From assembly GCA_951804945.1 (NCBI GenBank), contig OX638152.1, positions 58,404,001-58,468,000 on the forward strand: a stretch of DNA of 64,000 bases, written 5' to 3'. Made by a program: the position numbers and the translations under genes. The notes under the pieces were generated by a model. The model worked only from the letters and a program-made list of their open reading frames with translations, ran no database searches and had not been told where the DNA came from. Shown in pieces: positions 1 to 10,684 of the stretch (position 1 is the first letter of the stretch; each line of letters starts with the position of its first letter). The DNA comes from Podarcis cretensis. Taxonomy: Eukaryota.

Positions 1-378
1 ACAAATCCTTGTACCGAATCCAAACATTATATAATGCTTTCCTAACAATATGGTTTTTAAAACCCTTATGAACTTTAACCTTGTCATACCATAAATATGC
101 ATGCCAACCAAACCTATTATCAAATCCTTCCAAATCCAGAATATCTGCATTCTCAAGAAGTAGCCAATCTTTCAACCAGCAGAAAGCTTTAGTTTTTTGT
201 TTATTCAGCTTGAATCCTGCCACCTGGCCAAAGAATTGAATTAACTCTAAAACTCTTTTTGTACTAGTCAATACTAGGTGATCTGCAAATGCCTTCAATT
301 TATAATGTTTAGCTCCGACCTGAACTCCTTTTATCAGCTGGTCCCCCCTGATCATGTTCAACAAAACCTCCAGGACCA
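1..378 (-). mobile_element. L1-clade LINE ORF2 fragment (reverse transcriptase region), inactive, runs off the window edge
   Basis: Manual translation of the minus strand is stop-free: VLEVLLNMIRGDQLIKGVQVGAKHYKLKAFADHLVLTSTKRVLELIQFFGQVAGFKLNKQKTKAFCWLKDW...YKDL. It resembles L1 RT around the FADD motif (here FADH) and the downstream GxKxN motif. It is absent from the ORF track because there is no stop inside the window. Confidence 0.85.
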
Positions 379-668
379 CCTCTCTGTCTGTTCCAGGAAT
401 TACATTTTACAGGTTGTGTTTTAACTTGTAACTTTCAAGTTGTAAGTTAATTATTCTCCATAACTATATCTGCAACATTTTAAAACGTCCACATTACATT
501 TTCATCAGTGGTAAAGGCCCATTTTAATAAGGTGATTTGTTTTCCCCTGCTCCTCCAAAACCAAGTCTTTGGAACCTCTAGACTGATGTGTGGAATTTCA
601 CTAAACTAAATATGTGTAATAAATTCTATTGTCGCATGTGTGGGGATTTCTGCATCTTCCTGAAATGA

Positions 669-711
<43 letters not shown>
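669..711. repeat. (TTTC)n microsatellite
   Basis: Direct reading. Confidence 0.97.
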
Positions 712-1874
712 AAATTTTTACAGATTTTAATGATTACATGAAGTAATTTACCATGGGGATTTTACCTACCCAACCACAGGCTACTGGTAATCTTTGCAAT
801 CTGAAATGAGAACTTGTTTCTTGATGGGAATGTGAAGGGATTTTTTTGTATATATAATCATGTATATATGATCATATTAACATTTTACATAAAATTCTCT
901 AAATATAGAATCAATGCAAATGATTTCATGTAATATGAAGGAGGGGGATATGTTTAGCTTATGATTCTGTATTTTTCCTTTGCTCAGTTCTAAAAAACAC
1001 CTTTTAATTTCCCCACTTTTGTTAAGTGAGCAATGAAACTGAAGTTCTCTGCAACCTTTTGACTTGTATAAATGATTTTATGAGCATAAAAAGATGGAAA
1101 AATCAGGCTGGTGTGTTGTTTATATTAAAATTTTATATCAAACGTGTATAGTGCATTCAAATGTCTTAATAAGTAGAACTATAGTCTTCTTTCTACATTT
1201 TAAAATAATCAAATCCTGCAAGCTTTCTACACATTACACATAAGCTAATCAGTTGATGAAATTTCTCAGCACCATCCCATGCAGCATGGCAAATAATTTT
1301 TGAAACCTAGTTGCAATCTTACCAGTTCTGTTGTAATAAAATGTATTTTCTGCAACTTTGAATATTTCCCAGAAACTATCTTATGGATGTAAATATATTA
1401 TGTGCAAGCCAAAGCACGTTTACTCAGAAGTAAGCCCTACTGAGCCCAGTTGAGCTTACTCACTAGTAGGCATACTAAATATTGATACATTAGCTGATTT
1501 GGGTTTTTTAAATTTGGAACTGAAAATAAAAAGGACATCCACAAGAAATGGAATGATGGACAGCTTGCCAAGGTCTAATAGCCCAGATTTGTAGGGGTAG
1601 TGTCAAGAAAAAAGCTTCAGGAGAAAGCTTTAGCCATAGGAAAGTTAAAGCCTGGAATAAGTTCAGGTTGGTGAGGGAAGTTATGAGCAAGAAAAGGGAA
1701 TTACTCAGGTATGTTCAAAGGAAGGAAGAGGAAATGATAGCCACACTGCCTAGCAAGGGTGGTAAGGAAGAACTATTTACTTCCTATTTTGCCTCCTCTT
1801 TTGATTCACCTCACATAAGCTGCATAACTAGCGAAGGATGAGGATTGCAGTTCAAGACTGATATAGAATTGGAT

Positions 1875-1972
1875 ATGCAAAATGGACAACCACCTGTTAT
1901 ATGTTCTAGCTCTGGATACCTTGCATTGAACAAGGAGTTAGACAGGACTTCTTCCAACTCTGTGATTCTAAG
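1875..1972 (+). mobile_element. CR1 LINE 3' end, degenerate
   Basis: ccttgcattgaacaaggagttagac...cttccaactctgtgattcta resembles the CR1 3' UTR and the ATTCTRTG-type terminus; a similar piece lies at 59710-59772. Confidence 0.6.
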
Positions 1973-3094
1973 GTTCATGGTGGATTTTCCTAATATTAAT
2001 ACTACTTCATACATAAAGACTAGCATAGAAAAAGAAAAGGGGGAAGAGCTTGGCTTAAAATGCTCTTAACCTATGGTTTTCATTTACTGCTTTTTTAAAA
2101 AAGTCTGGAGTAAATAATACGAAAGAATTAAGAAGTCACTAGGAGAAGTGGCTATATGACAGGACATAATGGCAGAATTTTAGGCATTTTGTCCCATATT
2201 TCTGTTTTTAAAATCCTGCTTTTTCTGCCTAGTTGTCTTTTTGGGCTAGATTTTCTCCTCCCACAAGGAAAGTCTGGCTTCGACAGCAATCCTAGACTTC
2301 AGCTGTAAGGTCATGTGCAATACTATCATCACACAAAGCCGATCATGGCTGCTGCAGAGGAAACTGCTGCAGTTCTAACTACAAAGAACTTTCCAGGAAC
2401 TCGACTGCTGTTTGCGGAAATCTGTTCTGGATATCTACAGGTCAGATGTAAATTACTACAGCCTGTTAAAAACTAGAAGAAAAAGCGATTGCATGAATTC
2501 CATCGGTGGAGAAAAGGGAATTTCTCTGTACATGCCTTTCAGTAAAGAATAAGTGAGCTGCAAAGGAAAAAAAAATTAGTCATATTAAAGTCATGTAGGA
2601 CAAAGTGAAGTAAGCATATGTCAGCCCTTCAGTTGAAATTCCCCAGAGAGGAATGGAAAATCTTGCTTGGTTATGCTCATGAGCAGGACAAAGCATATGG
2701 AAATCAGGTTCCTAAGTGGCAGCTGTTGATCAGCTCATTCCCCACCTAAGCAATTCCTCAGGATATGCAGGCAGGATGTTGTAAGTATTTTGCATTTGGA
2801 AAATGATAATCGATAGATCATATCACATTGGTATGGATGCCTGGACTAAAATGTTTATTAAATTAAGCACTATAGAACTGGGAAATTAACAAATTAATGA
2901 AAATGGGAAACAGACAAATGTAATACAGGAAACTGGCAATAAAACTCACAAAGTAAGCTTGATTGTTGTGTAAAAATAATAGAAAATTAATGATAGCAAA
3001 AACAAAATTTATGAAATGGTATATCGAGTGTATGAAAACAGCCTTATTCTGAGTCAAAGCATTCATAGTTCTGACTACTCAATGTAGTTGCATG

Positions 3095-3695
3095 TTGGCA
3101 TCTGTATGTCTCAGGAGTTAATGGAAGAGTGTGCCTTCGGGGGTAATGTCAACCATTGGAGAATTACAGCAACTGCTGTGGCTGTAGTGACCGATGTGGG
3201 ACAGACATGTTTTGTTTCACCTGGGGCAGATGAAGGCATCCGGTTTTGCTGCTACAGGTGCACCATGGTGTTCCTTCTCTCTGTGCTCCTCCCAGCGATC
3301 ATTCATCATTCCTCTTCTGGTCACTGCTGTGGGAACACAACCTGACTGTCTCCAGGCACTGTGATTGTCTGCAAGGGGTTCCCAGACTGTTGGGTTAATG
3401 TTGCCAGCCTTCATGCCACATTTGCAGACATCTTTGTAACACAGAGGTGGTCTACCAAATTGACTTAGTGCCTGAAGCCAGCTCCCTGTAGAGGATGTCC
3501 TTGGGGATCCTGCCATCTTCCATTCTGTGTACATGACCAAGCCAGCATAGATGTTGCTGAGACAGGAGTGCGGGCATGCTGGGAATGTGGGCTTGGGAGA
3601 GCACATCTTTGTCTCAAAATGTGATGCCCAAAATCTTCCTGATGCAGCTCATATGGAAGGCATTGAGGCATCGCTCCTGGTGAGTGTAAGTTCTA
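3095..3695 (-). mobile_element. RTE-clade LINE, 3' part of ORF plus 3' UTR, degenerate
   Basis: Frameshifted minus-strand peptides LGHVHRMEDGRIPKDIL, GRPPLCYKDVCK..MKAGNINPTVWEPLADNHSAWRQ and NKTCLSHIGHYSH are typical of RTE ORF C-termini (ORFs 3217-3606 and 3465-3671 overlap them). Confidence 0.85.
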
Positions 3696-6124
3696 TAAAG
3701 CGGCATGTGCTTCTAATGTAAATAGAAAGTATAAAAATCAAATTGTTTTGAACTTGTAGACCCTCCTGTAACAGAGCATGAATGCTGTTTCATTAGCATC
3801 CATGCTAAGGTTTTAATTTGCTTCTCGTGGGTCAGCTAATTTCTCTTCTCCCCACCCCAGAATAGCAACTTTAGAGGTTCAACTATAGATAATTATGAGA
3901 CATTTATGAAGGAAATAAAGAAGTATTTCACTAGCATTCTCAGGCAAATAAAAAGCTCTTACATGTTTGTAAAGTTCAATTTCTGCAAATCTTTAATAAA
4001 ATGAAAGAAAAAATGAGTAGCTTTTGAGGAAAATTCTACATTAGTTAAGAGCATTGGGGGATAGAGTTTGTGAATTACCTTTATCCTTACCTGGAGATAG
4101 GGCCGGTGTGGTTCCTAAAAATTAATAATGAATGTTGACTTGTGAACAGTCAGAAAGCGTTTGCTGGAGTGGAATGTTTCCTTCTAAAACTGTTTTTAAA
4201 TAAATTCCTTGCATTTAGTATTAGCATACATAACAAGGGTGCATTTGTTCAATAATGTGTATGATATCTAACAGACTAAAGTGTATAATATAATACAGTC
4301 ACTGTTATATATGGATTTTATAGGAAACTATTAAAATGTGTGCACAATCCCAGAAAGCCTGGTTGCAGCTGGATTTATACAGCAGATTTAAGTAGTACAA
4401 GTAGCTTGTACTGTCGTATTTTAGACGAGAGGCGAGTGATTCTGATTTTTGACTAAACTCTGTAGAACAGGGAGAGAGATGGGCAAGAATATTTGCCTTC
4501 GGGGTGTCCCCTCCCCAAAGATTTCTAGAATGCTTTGTGTTATAGCATAGTGGGACTAGCGATCTCCTACTTTCTCCTCTGTATGTTAGATAAAGTGTCC
4601 TTCAGTTTCTCAGATCACTTGTCTAAGGGTGAAGTTGTCTGCCTCCCAACTTTTTTTTTAAACAGAACAACAGCAGTAGAAACTGCAAATCCAGCCAGAA
4701 AGGGAAAGAAGGTGCTTAAGCCTTTTCCCCATGGGACATTTCCGCAGTCAATATAGCATTATCCCACCTTCTTCTCCATTTATAGAGGAAAATATATGGA
4801 GCTCTTGTCTCTTATCCTTCTGGCTGAAATGCTGCTTGAGAAGGGAAACTTTGCATTACAGACTTGGGGGCCATTAGATAAATTCAGAGGAGCAGGTGGT
4901 TTGTGGAATGTGGGTTGTTTTGCAGCTGAAAACAGTGAACTATCTGGCGGTGAAAAGTGTTGATAGTTCTCAGGGCATGATGGTGCTGGAAAATCTGGGC
5001 TACTAAAAATATTTATTCCATTTGTGGTGCTGGGTTAGACTGAACTTGAAATTCTAAGTTCTTGGAATCCTGAACAAGGCAAGAGTGAGAGAGGAAATTA
5101 CATTAAATGCACTGTAAACTTTTGGAGCCTCTAAAATAAGTGTAATGATAATGTATTGATCTACAAATTTCAGTATTCGGAATCCATCACCTTTAACAAA
5201 ATATGGGTAGAGTCTTGTAGGAAGCCACGTGGATATGAAAAAGATAAAAACAGGTGTAACATATTTTTTGAAACATCACATTTTATAATATAAATGCTGA
5301 ATTCATTCTCTATATAGGTCGCTTATTATATTTGTTTGAAAGCATAAAGCTGGGAATGCAGTGTTTATAGTAAGAATTATTTTGTTAAATCGCTTCCAAA
5401 TGTTGGAGATATTAGCAGTTTCGAATAAGAGCTGCTGTGGTTGCTAAGTGCAAAAATCTAGCACAAGCAGTGGGAAATAATATTAGGGTGGGGAAATATT
5501 GCTATGGTTACAAAATACTTTCTTTTGAAGGAGAGAGTGATAACACAGCAAGAATCATTGAAAAATACCTAGTGGTGGATTTTGCAGAAACCAATGATGA
5601 CTAAGGGCAGTAGTATACAGTATGAGTGCTGTAGGAAATGTTGCATGATTGCTGTGGAAATCACTGGTATAAAGTGTGAAAGTTAAATATGCATCTGGGG
5701 AACCTGACAGTTAGAGCATAACTCTTGGCAGCAGCATGTTTGCTTTTACTTATTACACAAAAACAATGTCAAAAGGTTTTCTAATTTTAATTGAGAAATA
5801 GGAGTGCATTCTGTTTCCAAGAACTACAATCATATTTGTGAACCACGATCAACAAAATTTCCTTGTTGTTATTATTAAAATTATTGTCATTAAAAACTAC
5901 AAACATTACTTGTATGATGAGCTTTGGCTATCGGGGACTGCTCAGGGGCTATCCCTCTCGGGATATAAGAGGAGGGCAGTGGCTTTCAGAGTAACTAATT
6001 CTGTGCTTCTCACACTAATGCAGCGTCTAGGAGGTTGCCAACTTTTGCCCTTGCCTACCTGTTGGGTACTGGTTTCTGGTATTGAGGTAACATTGTCCTT
6101 AAGATGTAATGATGTAAGGCTATG

Positions 6125-6450
6125 AAGGACTTGATCACAAATTTATTGACAGCTGCATGAGTTATTATAGCTAGGAAGTGGGAGGGACAAGGTGAATATA
6201 AAATGGAAGAGTGGTATAAAGAGGTGTGGGATATAGTTATTAATGATAAATTAACACGTGCTATTATAATAAGGTGGGGAATATGCAGGAGAAATGATTT
6301 TGAGAAGATATGGAAGGGGTTTGTAGAATTTGTACAGTACTGTCAAAACAGAAAGGGGTCAAACCATCGCAAGAGGCGTGGAAATTTTGGGAGGTTGGAT
6401 AGTTACAATGGACTGGTCTTGGGGGTGGGGTGCACATTTTTATTTATATT
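6125..6450 (+). mobile_element. L1-clade LINE ORF2 C-terminus and 3' region
   Basis: LITNLLTAA*VIIARKWEGQGEYKMEEWYKEVWDIVINDKLT...FEKIWKGFVEFV resembles the C-terminal Trp-rich segment of non-mammalian L1 ORF2 (ORF 6203-6478). Confidence 0.7.
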
Positions 6451-6471
6451 TATTATTATTACAAAAAAGAT

Positions 6472-6830
6472 GAAGTGATAGCCATCCACTAGGATGGCTT
6501 TATAAGGCGGTTAGACAAATTTATGTGGAATTACACAGTGAATGGTTACTACCTAGGATGGCTATATTATCTCCAGTACCAGAGGCCTATGAATACCAAT
6601 TACAGTGGTAACTCGGGTTAAGAACTTAATTCGTTCTGGAGGTCTGTTCTTAACCTGAAACTGTTCTTAACCTGAGGTACCACTTTAGCTAATGGGGCCT
6701 CCCGCTGCCGCCGCGCCACACTGCGTGATTTCTGTTCTCATCCTGAAGCAAAGTTCTTAACCTGAGGTACCACTGTACTGGGGAGCACAGGTAGGGAGAG
6801 TGTTGTTAGGCTCATGTCATACTTTGGGCA
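6472..6830 (+). mobile_element. CR1 LINE 3' end, interrupted by a MITE
   Basis: ggatggctttataaggcggttagacaaatttatg...gatggctat...gaataccaat|MITE|tactggg...gggagagtgtt is similar to the reverse complement of the CR1 3' end at 55780-56020. Confidence 0.7.
6603..6775. mobile_element. Tc1/mariner (Tigger-like) MITE
   Basis: TIRs cagtggtaactcgggttaagaac / gttcttaacctgaggtaccactg with TA on both flanks; same family as 57044-57261. Confidence 0.92.
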
Positions 6831-8400
6831 GAAGTGACTCACCTAGAATTTTTGTTTAGATGAAATTCAGAACAGGGAGTTATTGTAATCAATCAAGGTA
6901 TTCTAAGAAAACAAAAGCAAGTGTTTAAAAAGCCCAGTAACATTTTAGTGGAAGGAGGGTTTCAGTTCATCCGGTGTTACCCTCTGGTGGGCAAAACAAA
7001 TAGAAATGGTGTCACCTGAACCTGAACAACTTGAAAAATGCAGTTCTAAAAGCTGAAAGGTAGATGGGATATAATAGTGCAAGTCTGATTTACACTGGTG
7101 TCACAATCAGATGAAATCCTGACAGGTACCGGTAGTGAGTAGTGTGAAAATTCACACTGCTTTTAAATAAAGAACGTGGACAGAGCTCAACTGAGCCAAT
7201 ATGGTTTGCTCTTAGAGAAGGTGCTGAAAATTATCATTCCAAAGAAATTATAGGAATTTGGGAATCTCTCATGTGGAAGTTGTTGACTCCCCACTCCCCA
7301 AAAAATGTCTGGAGTTTTTATTATTATCTGACATATTGCTATTCAGTATTTAGGTCACATTAGACCATGCACACTTTGACAAGAAACATTTGTCTAAGGG
7401 AGGCAAATACCCTGCATTTTCTGTATTAAAGAGAAGTAGTAGTACAGTACTTTGCTTCTCTGCCATCTGCTCTTAAGAATTTATTTGATCTATAGAGCTT
7501 GGGTGGTTTTTACAGTTTACTCTCAATTGTCTCTAGCCCAGCAGCAGATACTTGGAAGCTGAATGGGTTTCACATTCCTGTTCAGGTAGTGTTGGTCAAC
7601 ACAGCTACTAAAGCTCTCAAATTTAAGATTGAAGACTAACCTTAGGCCATAGATCTGGGAAGATAACTGTAGGCATTTATAACATTGAAAGGTGAAGAGA
7701 TGAAGGAGTTGATCCCTGATGTTGTGAGTGATATTTTTTAGCTCCTATAATGGTGCTTCCGGAGTAGAAATGGAACACAGTTGGCATCTCAGTCTGTCAC
7801 AGGATGAGTCCTATGTCTGTATATCTATTATGTAGCCTAATAGCTGTTTTATATTGTGTGCATTCTTCCTATTTCAGTTTAGATGAGGAAAGCATTATAC
7901 TGGTTAGGGATTCCATGTATGGGGCCTTGGCCATGGCAACTGCAATTCCTGTCTTCTACTTTTACTTCCCATTCTTTCAAATATTACTCAAAGAATGCTA
8001 GCATCATACAAAATGATCCAAAATGTTTTCCCATCGTACTCAGTCTGCATGGCTTCAGTGTTCCACTTAAATATTTAGCGGAATTGGGGAGTGAAAGATC
8101 TGTTTTATCTATTGCCATTTAATGCTAGGGTACTTCCTTGCTCCATGAATTATTCATCAGGCTGCTTTTATTATAATGCTGACATTATTCAGTACCAGAG
8201 CTGCTTCTGCAATAGCTTTCCTTTGCTAAAAAGCTACATAGCAGCAGCTACTACTGGTTTTGGAAGTAAATAAAGATGCTAGTTTTTCATGATTGCTGGA
8301 GAATAACACTGTTCTAACCCCCTCTCCTTGATTCTTTGTTAGGAAAATAAATTAGCAAAACAAAGAGTTATTGCTATGATCGGCCAAATGAGTAGCTTTA

Positions 8401-8489
8401 GACTGCAATCCTATATCCATTTACCTGGCACTAAATCCCATTGAACTTAGTAGATCTTACTTCAAAGTAGACGTGTACAGGATTTCACC
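8401..8489. mobile_element. Short degenerate palindromic MITE-like repeat
   Basis: tgcaatcct...aggatttca ends and an internal 'cttacttc' core; related copies near 1403-1485, 29659-29737, 38726-38810 and 40360-40432. Confidence 0.55.
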
Positions 8490-9216
8490 CTGTCATCGCT
8501 TTACTTCTCCAGGGTACATTTAAGAAAACCAGTTTCTGTCTTTTGCCAGTTGTGAGTGCTTACATTATCAAGTATGAAACTATGTGATACAGAAATGTGG
8601 AAAATATTTATATTCATATCTCATATGCTTTTTTCATTTTTAAAAAATTTGCTTGCAGAACCCTTACCTGTTGTAAGCATGCAGAAATGAGAAAAAAAGT
8701 TTATTTCTTATGCTTGGTTTCAAGTTTTCAGTCCTAAAAACCTGTGCTTTCTTAAGAAAAGAAAAGAAAAATCCTTGTGCAAATGGTACTTTCCTCCTCC
8801 TCCTCCTCCTCATTTTTAAAAAGCCAGTGACAGTAACTGAGTCCACTAGGGACAGTCCCCGTGCAGAACGGGGATGCCAAGTCTGGGCTGTGTGCAAGTA
8901 TTTCTCTAACAGACAACTGCATGTGCTTGGTTTTCTCCCCAAGAGTGTGATTTTCAAAGTGGCATTTGATTTCCTTCTGAACTGGTATGCATAGCACTAA
9001 CTTGCCTTCAGGCAACAGATAAGGGGAAGCAAGAGGAGGGGGGCAAAGCAGAGAGCAGATGGATGAACGATTAGATCATTTGGATCAGGAATGTTGCATT
9101 TTCTTTTCATTTTTCTGCTTTATACTGAAGTCTCTCTTCTGGTCAGAGTTTCTGAAGGGGTGGGGAGAGAACTTGTCTCAGAAATCCCAGAAAACGTCAT
9201 AAATGTTTTTAGATGT

Positions 9217-9220
<4 letters not shown>

Positions 9221-9265
<45 letters not shown>
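9221..9265. repeat. (AT)n microsatellite
   Basis: Direct reading. Confidence 0.97.
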
Positions 9266-9268
<3 letters not shown>

Positions 9269-9299
9269 TTATGGATACAAGTTAACAAGGCAAAGAATA

Positions 9300-9886
9300 G
9301 GACTGAAAATATATGTGGTTTCGGAAAATCTAAACCACGTAGCATTACTTCCACTTTTGTTTCCTCGGCTTCCTAAAGTACGAAACATCGGGAAGATGGG
9401 AGTTCTGATTTAGATAATGTCTTGCAGTCTTCGGAACAATACATTCTGCTTGTTGGGGGGGTGTTTACGTAAAGGACGTGACATCTGAATAGGGCGGCTG
9501 AGACGTCTCAACATTAAGCAGATGCGTTTACAGTGGACTCCAGCTGTTGCCTTTTTCTGCTGAATGTCTTTTTCCTAAACAGGGAAATGTAGGTAAAATG
9601 ACAAGGGCACAGGAAGCTGCTCCCCCCTCCCCCCCATAGCTTAGCTCAGACCACTCTCTGAGCGCATGGTAGTGGTACAAAGTGTGTGGTCTTTCAGCTC
9701 TGACTAATGCATTTTGTACTGTGTGACTGAAAATGCCTCATAGCTTGCCAGGGCTGACTGAGAGTTGTGGAATGTGGTGCCTTTTCTCCTTTTCTCTGAT
9801 TTCCTGGTGGCGGCAGTGGTGGTGGTGGGGTGTGTGTGTAGAACCTGAAGATGCAGAGAAATGCTTGTATGTTGTGGAATTCGGCT

Positions 9887-9933
<47 letters not shown>

Positions 9934-10140
9934 GTGAACGAGCGAAAAGTTGGAAGAATGGATCAGGGAATGAGGATGGGGGCGGGGTAGGAGAAAGAGA
10001 GAAGGAGGAGGAAGAGGGTGGGAACAGAGGGGCCCATTTCCCCCCCTTCCCCCCCCCAAGCAGTGACAGCTGGTTCTGTCCTGACTCACATGACAAAGTA
10101 CTATGAAGTATTAAAGCTTAAGACAGCCTGAAAAGATGGT
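9300..10140 (+). promoter_or_regulatory. Putative promoter region A
   Basis: Locally raised CpG at 9320-9530, TTACGTAA at 9465-9472, (GA)n, GC box GGGGCGGGG at 9979-9987, overlapping TGACTCA and TCACATGAC at 10082-10094, TATTAAA near 10109-10115; no transposon recognised; lies just upstream of a consensus donor. Confidence 0.5.
9892..9931. repeat. (GA)n microsatellite
   Basis: Direct reading. Confidence 0.97.
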
Positions 10141-10224
10141 CAGCTGACTTCCTTCTCTCAAACTACAGTCAGGTGATCAATTGATATCATCCAGCTCATG
10201 GGAGGAAAATACCTTAGATCACAG
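10140..10224 (+). other. Putative 5' exon A (start uncertain) ending at a consensus splice donor; contains ATG 10198 (MGGKYLRSQ, phase 0)
   Basis: CAG|GTAAGT with GTAAGT at 10225-10230 is a perfect U1 consensus, directly downstream of promoter-like motifs. Confidence 0.5.
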
Positions 10225-10289
10225 GTAAGTGAAATTGCCTTCCTTTACAGTATGTTGCATAAAAGACTTTCATCAGTGATTTAAGAAAA

Positions 10290-10332
<43 letters not shown>

Positions 10333-10337
10333 TATTA
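10290..10337. repeat. (ATT)n microsatellite
   Basis: Direct reading. Confidence 0.97.
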
Positions 10338-10603
10338 ATCTGTAGTCGTTGCCATGTGACAACTGTATGAAGCATCTTCTTCAAACACTGTTGCATGTTC
10401 CACTTGTATCTTGTTTTGGTAGACTAGAAAACACCTTGGATTTTTCTAAATCTGTTTCGTCTGTCGTGTTTGTAAATGATTTATTGGAAGAGTTCTGTTT
10501 ATAAATATAGGTTTGAGGTTTTCATGGGTGGTGTTGAATGCTTCTTTCGTTTGTCATAAAATTATTTGTCGTACTGCAACTGTTTCAAAAATTAATGTTT
10601 GAA

Positions 10604-10684
10604 GGGGAATTCCCAGGAATGAAAGCATGAGTCAAAGAAATAGGACACCTTAAAAAAAAAATCCCAAGCCACAGCTGTGACTCA
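10604..10684. promoter_or_regulatory. Candidate inducible enhancer (NF-kB, STAT, TEAD and AP-1 motif cluster)
   Basis: GGGGAATTCCC 10604-10614, TTCCCAGGAA 10610-10619, GGAATG 10616-10621, TGAGTCA 10628-10634, TGACTCA 10678-10684. Confidence 0.45.

Noticed and set aside
9583-9592. Possible 10-nt microexon (aacAG|ggaaatgtag|GTaaaa)
   Set aside because: Weak donor, not frame-preserving, no other support
9694-10106. ORFs of 81-131 aa with RERE/SLSL runs
   Set aside because: Produced by the (GA)n microsatellite and purine-rich tract; the same applies to the ORFs over 47202-47467 and 27468-27755
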